Shown: in pieces, positions 46,351-59,590 of the stretch | How positions within the stretch are numbered: the first letter of the stretch is position 1 | How the letters are laid out: each line of letters begins with the position of its first letter | Source of the DNA: Neoechinorhynchus agilis | Lineage: Eukaryota > Animalia > Acanthocephala | Assembly (NCBI GenBank): GCA_051530055.1 | Contig: CM121342.1 | Coordinates: 12,849,480-12,913,479, forward strand | Direction of reading: 5' to 3' | Length of the DNA: 64,000 nucleotides | Position numbers and translations under genes: made by a program | The notes under the pieces: generated by a model | Told to the model about the DNA's origin: nothing | Databases searched by the model: none | What the model saw: only the letters and a program-made list of their open reading frames with translations

Positions 46351-49300
46351 ATGTAAAGAAAAGTAACCAAATAGAAAACAATACTGCCTTTATAAAAAAA
46401 AATTTGGCAATTACATACATGTTTTCATTTGAAATATATTTCGCGGATGAAGCCATGGGACGTCTCCAGCACCTGATTCCGCTTGGAATAAAAGCTTCAC
46501 AAGTCGTAGCGTGAATGGCTTAGGTTAAATTAAAACGTTTTTGTCTAGCGGGTTCATTGGAGGGAAAGCTTCCATCGTTTCTGATTTGATGTGGAAATTC
46601 GATGAAAGACAGCTTGGTTAGTACGAATTTCAAAAATCTCGTGGAGGTCGCTGCATTACTCTAAAAAGAGCAGGGAAAGGTCACAGAATATTTGAATGAG
46701 AGAACGAAAACCGGAGTGTATAAACGAGGAGAGTACAAGAGGAATGTTCAGGTGAGAAAATGACAAGAATGAGCTTCAAATTGTGTTTCCAGAATGGAGA
46801 TTTGTACAATAATAACGATTGTCGAAGATTTTGGTTTTTTGCGCCCCGTCACGGATTCGCAAAAAATTCACTTTAACTTCATAAGCAGCAAAAGAATGGA
46901 GAAATTCGTAAAAAAATGAACGCAGAATGATCTTGAAGTTTAAGTGGTCTCTGTTCTATGACTACGCCCAACCCTTCGAAATACTGACATTTTGTAAAGC
47001 AAAGACTGCGTTAGCACATTCTAACAACTAAATATATCAGAAGGCATTAATTAACCTTATACGGAGGAAAGTATTATAGATTTAGAATGGTAGTGAAAAT
47101 AATCCCAGTACAAAATTCCTTTATTATTATGAAATATTTCTCAAAGAAACCCCGCCGCATAAGTCATTGTTTGAATGTTATTACAATGCAAATTGGAGTT
47201 CTTTCTCCCGAATATATAATTGATATTTTTGCACACGGAAGAACGGCTATCGAAGCTTTCCTGAAACTCGCAATGACCCTTTGAGAAGATTTTGAATTTC
47301 AGAACATAAAATGGAAGTGGGGATTCAATCGAATTAGTATTATCTACTGTCAATCGTTTTTACCGACAGAAACATGAAAGAAAACTTCAATATCCGCGGA
47401 AAAAGATTTACAAGTGAAAACTTTTTGCCACAAAGGTCTCAGGGCCGCGTTGTGCAAAATACAAGCATAAAATTTATCGGGATATGTCGTTAAGGTGTCA
47501 TTACCCACGAAAGTAGTAAAAATAAAGGATATGTGGCGTTTTCGAAATTGAATTCGTTAAGAATGCCAATGAATTTTTCTATATTTCATTATTGGTTTTA
47601 TAAGATTTGATGAAAAACTTTAAAAAACCTCTTTTCTAAGCTCTTTAATTTTCTTAATCCTCGAACAGTCACTGGATAGATTCAAATATAAAAAAGTTAA
47701 TGTATCTCGAAAAATTTAGCTACTACATTTTTGCCTGTTGGGAATATCTGTCACAATTTTTAAATTTTCGATTTGGTTCAATCGATAGACATCGCTTCAA
47801 TGATAGAATTTATTAAAATTCAAGTATCCCCACGGTATCGAGAGTATCAAAATGTGAATAATTAAGTTATAGCTTTAACATGATTATTTATGCGAATCGG
47901 CTCTTGTGATTAAGAAATAGAATATTCCACTAGTTTGCGAATGGCTCAGATCTCTCGCGTATATCGAAGTTTGCATGGTACTGATAAGTCCTTCGCACCT
48001 TGGAACCGAGTAAACCAGATTCTATTTATCTCGAATGTCACATGCATATCCTTCCACCCACCCCTGCTCCTCCTCTATAAGTAAACTAAAGAATGCCGAA
48101 TGATTTGGAATGTAAGATCCATTCTCCTTGGCATTCATAAAGAATGTATTGACGATTAACGTACTGCCAGTCGGAGCGCTTAGACTGCTGCTGCCTCTTT
48201 CCGATGGTCGCCAACTAGTGCATCTCATATCTTTGCTATGGTAATTCTCTAATCGATTTTATTAAGCTTCATTTTTATATTGCTAAGTGCCATTTATCGC
48301 CGATTTATCGGTGCTCTATTAAACTTTCATAAGATCGGATACACGGCATTCGTTTGATCTTTAACTTTATCGTTCGGTGTGTCTAATCGCTTAGCCGAGA
48401 TCAGTCTTCCACCTTCTTTGTATGTACGTGAATATGAGCTGCTGACTGCCTTGCCATCATGAAAAGATTGTGTTGCACTTTGAACCCAGAAGCCTTTGCC
48501 GTAATAAAAAATGTGTCCATAGACAAAGAACAAGAGGAAAGAGACATATGTCAAGTTGAGAAAATGCATCCCTCGGGAGATTTGTGTTATCAAGCAGCTG
48601 CTTTCGGGCTGGATATTATTAGGTCTATGATGGCACTTATGTGGATCCCCCTCCAGCTGCCGTCGTCCCCGATGCATACCATTCTAGTGCGAGTTTTGTG
48701 AGTTTGTGGCACAATAATTAAAACTCATCGCGGAATGAACTGGAAGGTTCGCTAAAACATTGCTTTCACTTCTCCATTTTATCCTAATTTTATTAGCTTT
48801 CCGCTGACCAATGGTCACTTTGGCTTCCTTTTTCATATAGTCTCGCCATACCATTAATGATTTAAACAATTTTAAACACGGATTTGAGATTATTTTCATG
48901 TTCTCAAGTTTGAGTTTGAAAAGCATTAACCCTTCACATAAAAATCCATCATTACGTTAATGCCGTCGCGCTCAATTGTCTCCTCTTTCAATGCTTTTTG
49001 TGGTCCACAAATTGCCTATGGTGTAAATGACAGTGTGCATTCTCTCCATCTCTTTTTGCCGCTCTTGCTTGATTTCATTCTTTTGATGCTTTGGCTTGGA
49101 GGCTTTCGTGTGGAGTGGATTCTCCGCCGCATCTAATGCCAAGGGACCAGCAAACACGTTAAGCCATGGTCTGACACTCGGCGCGTCTTATCGAGATTGA
49201 TTGTGCAGATAGTCCCTTTGGTTGCTTTCTAGAGCTCCGCCCTGAAATGTATTTCCCACAAAGTAATTATCTTTTGGCAGGAAACTAAACAAATTTTTAA

Positions 49301-52300
49301 TAACCGATAAAAGACGGCTTAAGTGGGCCGAAGAGTAAATAAAGAACTACCACTCAGTGTTCATAATCATGTTATTTCCGTTCTCTTGAGAATAAATATT
49401 GAATTTGTGTTCTCGCTCGGAAGCAATCTTACATATTAAAATTGTATAAATTGCCATGGTTTCTACTCCGGAAACTAATGCCAACGGTGTAAAAGGCCAG
49501 TATACTGCTAATGGCAGTTGTTACGTTCCTCTCATGCTCCCCATACTTAACACCTTTTAGTCAGGCAACCACGAAATTTGCACGCTTGAATTTTCGTCTA
49601 GAGGAGGAGGAAAACTATCTTTAATACCGGGCAATTAGTACTCCTGTAAAGCCCTAGTTTTAAAGAATGTGTGGAAATATCAGTGTGGTTTTTCGGGAGT
49701 TCAGAAAAATTAGTTTTTAAACAACGAATGTGCCCGAAACGTAAAAGTGGCTTTTGATTTTAAATCCTTTAGACGATTTTAATCGTTCAGGAAAGTATGT
49801 TGTATTTTTCATGTAATATCGTCCAAAAAATTATTTTAAAATTTTGAACTGCTTCGAGATTTGAAGCTCACTCAATTGCTTTAGAATATTTTTATCAATT
49901 GATTTGGAAATTGTAATTTTTTACATGAGTTATATTTACGTACCTTGTCTCATAAAATTAAACGGTGTTGCTATATTTTTCGGTTCCATTTAGTTTTTAA
50001 ATTCAACAACTTATAAATATTTGACTCTTAAATTTTCGAAATGAGACGGATATCTAAGTTAAAAATTAAAATTGTGGTGACGATACTCCCTCTTAAAAGG
50101 TATTTTATTGCCAAGAAATATTTTGTTAGGAAGCCTCATCAGTCATTGCTAAATTGTTTTATCCGCACTTGAAAGTTTGTTTTAGTGGGCATTTATTGAA
50201 TAAAATATATTTAATTATTTGTCGCAGTGTTCAAATTTACAAGTGGTGTATATTAGCAGCATTCTATAAATTTACTTCGAAAGGTGTTCATTACACATTT
50301 TCGCTTAAGAAAAATTCGTGCTTAAAAAATTCGATATATGCTCATAAGAATCATTCCGGCGATCTTAAAATTTGCTGATTTTCAGTATGTTGGCACTTTT
50401 TTACGTCTAGATGATGTCGTAACACTTTCTGAGGGAGAGAGGAATTTATCAGGCTTGCCTTACTCCTGAGAAAACGTTGGCACCGTTCTATCAAGGCCGA
50501 TTTTTTGCCAAAACACAACTCATTCCCACGGGTGGAGCATTCCGAGGTTTTTGGTGAAATTTGTTTAGCCATTACCAAATAATCTCCATAGTTCGCGTTT
50601 CTTTGTGTTCGTACACACACATTCATTGGTTAGTAAGTTCATGCGAGCGTATCTAACTCCAAGGATGAGAAGTAAATAAAATTCCGCGGATTTATGGTAA
50701 AACTCTTGTCATAATGGATGCATCTTGAGACGTCTAAGTAGCTCCTGGTTCCCTTATAATCCTTTATTACTGCATGCGCAAGCGTAAAGCTATCTGCCAT
50801 TTGAGGCTAATTTGACTTCATCACTTATGTCACTGTTCTGCAATAGGAAGCTGTGCCAAAAGTAGAATCGAAAGTTGAGTTTATCGGTGCGATCAATAAT
50901 TTTACATCACTGTGGTTTTTTCTATCTTCGATCTTAAAATCAAACTTATCCCCTGAAATTATTGTTTTTTAGTTGAACAATTTATCTTAAGGATTTCCTA
51001 TAATGCAATTTAATTTCTGTTGTATCAACTACTTTTTCCGATCATCTAATTGACCTTGGTGTACTCTAGCCATCAATCATTGCCGTGATATTGATAAATA
51101 CTCAATTTTGTCGTCCGCAGGACAGTGTCTTGAATTCGACAACCCATTTTTAAGGCTACGATCAACTTCATCTTGACATGCTCCACTCCATCTTATCAGG
51201 TGATTAATCTTCACTCTTCACGGAACTATTCTGCAAACAATACGAAGTACGGCTAGCACACGTCAATGCGTAGATGGCTCAATGGAAAGACTGACAGTTT
51301 TTGCCTTCTATAATGTTTTTCATCATGAAACAGGAAGTAGATGCTGTTTTACAGATATCAATTAAGTCGATCTAACCAATGATCCGTCTTTTTTAAATTG
51401 GATAAAAGATCGTGATCATCAACCATGTCCGGAAAACTGATTGATCCGATAACTTAGGATGGGGATTTTCTTTTGACATGAAACAAATACGTGTATGCGC
51501 CGCTGTACTATTTTTGTTTCTATCGAATATGCACGAAGAAACAACCTTGTATTCTACCTCCAAACAAAGAGAAGATATTATGTGGTATGATGACGATTTC
51601 GCAATATGATGTTCCATTGATTTGTCACCCACGCCACCACAATATGCCCAGATTATTTGCCGGGTTCTTTATCCCTAGATACCGTATCCTTCGTCCACAA
51701 AGGCCAATGAGCGTATGACATTTCCATTAAGCGTAATATGAATATAAATGCAGAATAATTATTGTTTTGCCTTTTACATTCGAAACTGAGGTTCCATGAC
51801 TCTAGAGTGCAGATGAGCTTAGTCAAATACAATGGAGGGAGTGTGAAGCATTTCATCTTATTTCGTTTTGTGGGTCTTTAAATTTGGGTTCGCTGGAAGG
51901 GACTCGAGGCATAAAGGCTATTTAGCCAAATCCATGCTGAATTCACACTTTGTTTTTTACCGTTCAATCCGCAACTACCGCGTTAACGATCTTGGCGGAA
52001 CTGAGTTTTTCTAAAAAACTGCGCGAACGATTCGCCACGTTCAAACAAAATCTCTCATAAATCATTCTGAACGGTGTGCTCGAGACCAACGCATACCATC
52101 AAACAGAACAATTTATCTTAAATGTTCAGTACAGCGTAAGCGTTCGACTTGGTCGCTTATCGGCACACATGCACCGCTCGGCTTAGTAACTTAGTCTAGT
52201 CTTCTCCGCTCTTATTCATTTGTTGATCTGGCTTACCGGAAGTGGTTTGAAAATGTCATCGCATGCACCCGCGCACTCATTGGCCCTCAGACCATCTTTT

Positions 52301-55300
52301 TGCTGACTGATGACTTTTTCTTTTCCTTATTATATTTGCTGCACGTTGCAACAATGAGCACAAGAAGAAGATGAAAACACTTAAATGCTTCTGAAATTGG
52401 ATTTGTCCTTATTAGCTGTAGGAACTACAGCGTTTGCTACTTATGGTGGACTTACTTCATGCATTTATTCAAATTCTAGCTCTTTCGCTTTAAGACGCTT
52501 GTACTTCGTTCGAAGACAAAGCTTATTAAATGAAAATAGCACAAATCAGCTTATATATGGCTCGTGTACACAGTTTCCTGATTGCTTTTAGGCTCACACT
52601 TGAAATTGGGAAAGTTGCATTGCGTAATGCGTAACGAGCATCTGATCAGATAATCTCATTTTGGTTTTAATATTCAACAGCACAATAAACGAAGGCTACT
52701 TAGGCTGATACCTCGAAGTGGCGCGTGAGAACACACAAATCGAATCTCAGCAAAGGAAAACGTCCTATTTTCTCAATCTACACTCATTCAAACCTGCCTC
52801 TTGTTTTCAGATGAACAAATCACAGTGTTTACTGTAAATTGCTTCACACGTGGTAAGTTTTACTTTAATGAGTTTCTTTCAATTCCTTTTTAGTTGTCCA
52901 ATATTTTCATTATCGCTTTATACCTATTTCGATTTTTTCATTTAAATTTTTTATAGACTGCATCATTGACCTGGAAACAAAGCAAATGCTTTTCTTCGCA
53001 CCTTCCTTAATGAGTTCACTTTGCTTATTCGCTACATCGTTGAGCCTTTCATTTTGTTTTCTCTTCTGCACCTGAAACTCCAGCGAACAAAACGAGTGTC
53101 CATTCTCTTGTCTTTATTTCAAAACAAGTTCCCTTCGATATAAAAAAGCAAGAAATTGCTGTGTCACGAAAGATTAATATCTTTTTCTATGTAGATTATT
53201 TTTACTGATGTTCGATCCGTACAATGTCCCCACTGAACTTCGTTCATTGTAAGTGCTGTGCAATTGTTGAATTTTAAATTGACGAATTTAATTGGTTTCT
53301 GCTGTTATGCCATTTTCTCTATTATCTTCTTAATTAGACCTTCAACACTAGAAGGTCAGAACACTTGTCGCAAATACATGTAGACTCTACCGGTCTCGGG
53401 CGTCACGTCTTTTCTCGCTTTCTTGGTGTACTTATTTTTCCACATTTCCTTATACAATTTTCAGTCTCGAAAAATTTTCTTGTTGCAACAAAAATTAATT
53501 TTTATTGCGGAGGGATTTAGACGACAGCAATATTTTTGAAGAGTCGATAATACATCTTGACAAAATCGAACACTTATATAAATGGGGTCTTCAAACTGAG
53601 ACTAGTAAGCTTGATCATTGTACTTCGAAGTCGGACTTCGGTGGCAATAATAATGTCCTTAGCGTGTATTCTTCATTCATATGTTTTGTATGTCAAACTT
53701 AAAAGATTTATTGATCTCTGACCTCTGTGGTAACGACGACTTTTTGTTGTTCTATGTTCTTAATGCATCTCACCACTAATTATTTTCTATGCCAATGAGA
53801 TTTCGTGTTCGAAATCGCGATGGGTGCTGTCTTGCATTTTGAAAGTTGCGATTTATGGGTACCCACTGCCGTAGCAACCCGTAGTTGCGTTTTAATGGAA
53901 TTATTTCCTTTTTGAGGAAAAGGAAGGAAGCGGATTCCCAACCACTAACGTACCTGTTTCAGTATCTTAAGCGTATCAACTAAAAGCGGGATGCAAATTT
54001 CCGGATCTTTTAGGCAAATTTGAAGCTAATAATAATTAGATAAAAGGATTTAAGATGCAATTGAAAACTGCAGTTCCCTTGAGGCGAGTTGTGCAGTCTC
54101 CTTTGTTCATTGACGGCGACTATCGCAATTGATTCCAGGCATCGAAATCTCTTCCGTTTTAAATTAACCAGAACATTGGCTTGTTGTCGGCGAATATAAT
54201 TAATTTAATCGCAGGAAGTAAGGGTGCAGAGAATTCACTAGACATCACTTTATGCGGTCCAGAAATTTATAGCTGGAAACCATTGCGTAATACCTCTAGA
54301 GACCGAAGTGCAGAAGGAACTAAAATTCAATTTGTTTATTTCGGGCGATTCGCAAAACCATTTTTGGCTAAATCGATTTTAAATAAGTTGCTACCTGCAC
54401 ACACTGCAAGGATGATTCACACTCACCGTCTCTAACCGTTATACGTTTCTTTAGTCTATGTCTAATGCCCACTTCCTTCCAAAAAATGTGAGGATTCGAT
54501 TGCGTCCGAAACAGAGATCATTTCCTGATATCGTCCTCAACTCGTATTATTGCATTGTTCATCTCAGTCGTAAATCCCCATTTTCCCGTGTTGCCAACCT
54601 TCTCCGAAAAGATAAAGCATAAATGCCACGACAAGCAACCAAACGGCAATAGACGAATTGCGTCTCGGTCTAAAATGTTCACTTAGTAAAATATTGGGTC
54701 ACTTCCGATTAAATCTATTTTTCAGATTCGATTTAATTATTTGAAAAGCTTTCGATAAACTATACGTCAAGCGTATTTTTTAAAAAGGTTTTGTTATTTT
54801 AACTTTTGAGACGCTAATGCCGTTTGAGTGAGCGAGTGTATTCAAAGCTGACATTTGTCGTATGATTTACGAAGCAAGGATCTGTTGTTGAGATCATGAA
54901 ATTTTACTGTCATTACCGAACAATACCACTACTACTAAATTTCCATCGTGCGCATTTCGGATTATAACGGTTAACCGTGTTTTTTTGCTTGCACTCTTCT
55001 TCCTCATCATCGGTATCCCGGTAGATACGATCAAGTATGTCAAACCGCTGTCTCCCATGTGTTTGCTATCAGTTGGCGTTTCACGTTTCCTGATAATATC
55101 GGTTTCGTGTACATATGGGTGCTTCAGACGTTATGACACCTTTTTTGCCTTTATTCCAAATCCCAGTGAGTTGGTTCAACATTTACATCATGCGAAAAAA
55201 TACCCGATTTTTGAGCCCGCTTGAGAAGATAAGCGATTTACGGGGGGGGAATGCTCCACACTCGTTTACATGATGATCGAAAAATTTGATTAAAACCCTA

Positions 55301-56180
55301 TCTAGTGCCTCTCAAAGCCAGCAGACACTCTCATGTCTAATTTAGGCTTTTATTACCAGGAAAACCTTTCTCATATGGCATTTTCCCCAGAATACCACGG
55401 CGTACATTTAGATGATAAGATCGGATGAGTTAAATACCAGTTTTTCGAAAACATACTAATCTGAGCGACTATAGATTTCTCGTTATGAACTCCAATACTA
55501 CTCTGTGTTGACCTCAGTACTCACACCTTTGTTTTGTTTGTTCGACGCAGCCTACTCACATACTCACGCGCATAATACGCACCAGTGAGTCATAAAACAC
55601 GACGGACGTCGGATCAAGTTCCCAACGCCTATCCTTTGCAAATCAGTTACCTTTCTAGGGGGAAAAGTTGAAGAGAAATGGGGTCAAATGCGATCTTTAT
55701 CAAAATATGCCTATTACCACAGGCAAATCTTTGACGCAAATTTTACTGTCGTATCTCGACGCCTTTTTTGTTTAACGTTGCATTGATGGAGCAATTAAAT
55801 ATCTGGAAATGTCCAACTGTAGCCAATGAGCGCGCGCGTTATAAAATTGACCAATACAAATGCGAGGACTTCTGTGCCAAAATGCGAATAAAAATCGCGT
55901 GTTTTGGCAGTAGATCCCGCACTTATTGATTAGAGTTTGTTTCAATCGGATACCGAAAGGCCGAAGACATTGGTTTGATACAGCGCCGCACTTCAAAGTC
56001 TGCCGCATCTCCGCCTTGTCGCTGTTGCACCTGAATGCATTTTATATTCGTACTACGAAATTTCATTTTCCTTATACCGTAATTCAAGTTGTCAATGAAC
56101 GGATGAAGTTTTGCAGTAATGTTTCTTTAAAAATTGTATAATTTCTCACTTCTCTTCTAGATTGTTGTTAGTGGTATAGA

Positions 56181-58998
56181 ATGGACGAGTTTTCGGCTCT
56201 ACGGGATAACGGTGCACAAGCCTCTGAGCCACTGGCACCTAAAAGACGCAGACGAAAAAACGCGATTACTAGTTGCGATCTATCTATAGCCCCGAATGTG
56301 GTGGCTCCACCATCATCGGGATGGCCGCCTAGCTCTCTTGGCAGTCAACTGGACAATCACCAAGCGCATCAAACAACCTCATCGAAGGATCTTGACGAAA
56401 CGGAGAAGACGGAGTTGGTGTCTCGGATAGTAGCCACCATAAAGGAGCAAACGAAGATTCTGGAAAGTGGAAGTAGTGGGGTCGGCAATGTACAACAAAT
56501 GGGACCCGGTGGGACAGTTCACCATCACCAGCACCTACCGCACCACCACCAGGAGCAGTCGCAGCAGCATTACGATGCAGTACTTGGCGGTGGATATCAT
56601 CAGTCGACTAGTCAGAAACAACACAACCAGATGATACCTTCCGCATCCGGCGTGGTAGCGACAATCGACGTTCCCGTCAATTGGCACAGGCAGCTTGTAG
56701 ATAATAGTGTTATCGTTTATATAAGGTGAGTTCTCGTGTAGGCGTGCGTTTTGAGTTTTATCAAACTTACTTTTTATGTATATGTGTATGCTGGTAGACA
56801 TCGTACACTTGTCGACTTCTCTCATACTATATTTTTTGGTCGGTATGTTCTCGCTCATTGAGCTTATAAAAATAACTAGAAGTGTGTGACTAAGTCGAGC
56901 TTAGAGCGAGTTGAGGGGAGAAGGAACGAGTTGGGCCGTGTCTCGTATTTTTCATTTACGTTTGAATCTAACGCAGTTGTTGCAACTTCAAGACCTCGTT
57001 CGAGACACCCGCGTTCATATTCCCTTTGCTGAAGACAAAGAATGTTTACGCTTTCTTCATTTCCTCATCACCGTTGAGCTTTTTTCTCGTTGCATGCGCA
57101 CTCACAACCGTCAGCTCATTGAATTTTTATGCGTTTTCGTGTTCCTTTTGTGCGCAATATGAAGCCCGTGCGCCTATTTTTTTAGCGAATTTCCCGGTCT
57201 TTTAGTCCTACAGGCCAAATAATAACGAGTTTGGAACAAGTTCGAGAGTATCTAACAAAACCCAATGTCTGTAAATGTGGATTGACTTGTCCATTTCGAG
57301 TGGAAGATGTGTTTAACTTTGATGCGGATGTTGCCACCTCGACAGATTGCTTCTTACAACAAGCGTGGTCGATGGCTAAATGTCATTCGGTAAATCCGCC
57401 TACTGAGCAGGTATCCCAACAATCCAATCAATCGCAAGTAGTAAAACGGGCAAGAGGAAGACCACGTAAACGGAAAAACGAACCGCCGATCTCAACGACC
57501 AATCAATCAATTCTTCCACAATCTTTGCCTCAACAACAGCAAGCATTCAATAATCAAACCACCGCGGACAAACCCGGTGCCTCGACTGTCTGCGTAAATG
57601 TCAATGCTCTTGACCCAAATTCGTTTATTCGGCATCCTGCTAGACAGTCGGCGAAGCAGCAGCAAAACGCAGGGGAGCAACAGCTACAGGTAGAAAGTAG
57701 TGTCTTCATGTAAGGAATTCTCTAACTCGAAGACACTAGTAATTGAGGTGCAACAGTCCGACAACCGTCAATCGGAAAACACAGTTGCATTTGTCATCGA
57801 TTCAACACAGATCGCATCTCCTAACACTCCATCTAATCTTTATGTTAGAGTTCCTCCAGAGTTTCTAGCTGCATTCCTTTCTCAACCAAATCCTGGAATA
57901 ATCGGCGTCAATTCGACAAATCAGCAGGATGGTGCTCAACAATCGTGTTTTCTTGTTCCGATTCAGACGCTGGGTGCGACAATATCAACCACTGCAACCA
58001 TTTCCGCTCCTCAAAACAATACATCGTCACCGAATGCGGCGGCCGCTCCAGGTACTCCACAAATGAGTCAGTTGTTAGTTACTCAACAGCACCAGCCGAC
58101 ATCATCTAGTTCGAATGCCCCCATTCAACAAGTGACCCAACAACAACAATGCCAGCCAAACCCTACTCAGAATCTTCATTGGCAGAACGATGAAATGATT
58201 ATTCTGAATCACCACCAGCAGTATACGCAACAGACGTCGTCTTCAGCCAATGGAGTTTCACAACAACGGACAAATGACTCCGCCAGGAAAATGAACACCA
58301 GCAACGGATCAGCATGTAGTGTTCAAAGTGCAGCTAGCAGCGGATACCATTCGGCTAACCATACTCCAATAAATGACTCGGCCACCGTTCTAATATCTCC
58401 CAACAAACAACACCATCACCAAATGCAACAACAACCTAATGGTGTCGATTTAAACTACGATTACTACTTGAACACTCATGAGCAACTACAACCGCCGCTC
58501 AGTGGTGACAGCCAGCAACGACATTTCTATTTCGACACGGAATTCTACCAAGAAGACCAACCTTACGGTCATCTCACAGTCGATCAAACCTCGGTTTCAA
58601 ATATAAACACCACCGCACAGCAATCAAATAATGGTGATTTGTTCTTGAACATGGAGTTATTTTCGAATCCGTATGTGGATCATGCACATCCTCCATCCGA
58701 GACAACCGGCAATAATACCGATGGAGGAAATGGCGGTGGTGGTACGAATTTCTACCAACATCAAACCAATACGGATTTGTACGAAGGAGTCTGCCGAGGA
58801 AATGTAGAAACAAGTTCTGGAAATACTAACGACATTAATGCTCTGTTCGGAAGTGACTGTGATTATAATTCGGTCTTCAGTCAGTTCACACATCCAGCAC
58901 GAGCACAGGGCAACGAAGATCACGGCAGTGGCGGCAACGTGGGTTCAGCGGAGTCAAATGGCGCCGCGGATTCAGGTGTGCAGTCTTTGCACGATTAA
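56181..58998 (+). CDS. MBD5/MBD6-like methyl-CpG-binding-domain protein, Q/N-rich, no PWWP seen
   Basis: The MBD is split by an intron: VPVNWHRQL..VIVYI|SPTGQIITSLEQVREYLTKPNVCKCGLTCPFRVEDVFNFD. AT-hook-like KRARGRPRKRK follows. A 43-nt GT-AG intron near 57690-57732 joins the last exon. Confidence 0.85.
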
Positions 58999-59590
58999 AT
59001 CATCTATTCACTCCGGGACATAAAATGTCGGTCCGAGGAAGTTTTTTATGCGCACAACCTTCCAACAAGATTTCTTCTCTGAATTCAAATAAAATGCCAC
59101 GTGCAGCTTAAAATCCTGTCCTCATTTAAATTAGCCGATGAACTTAGCATAGATGTTGTCTTGTACTCAAGCTTACTGAAAAATATTCTTTTTCTGAAAT
59201 TTTTGTTCCTAAAAATGCGTATACCCATTATAATTTAAATTCCATGCTTGGGTGTGTAAGCATTTATTCGAATTAGGTAAAAAAACGTAGTTTGAATTTT
59301 GATTATTAAACTTGTATTCATGAATAAATATGAGAAATCAGCTAAGTTATCTTGTATGCCCGTTTTCGCTAAAACAAGATGATCCATAAGTCTAAATTAG
59401 AGGTTTTTCGTGATCTTAGATACAATGAAGAAATGTGAGATAAACTTAGTGTGTCGCTACATTGTTTAATTTTACGCTTTTAGTTCGATCTTTCGCCTCG
59501 TTATTTATGAAATATTAATAATGGACTACTTTCAACTTTTCGTTGACGAACACTCAAAAACATAATGCTTCGAATTGAAAAAAAGTTAAT

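Noticed and set aside
48300-49200. Faint RNase H/APE-like fragments on the minus strand (HTVIYT, NPCLKL..KVTI, IDLIISS)
   Set aside because: Catalytic residues are missing and frames are broken; too weak to call.
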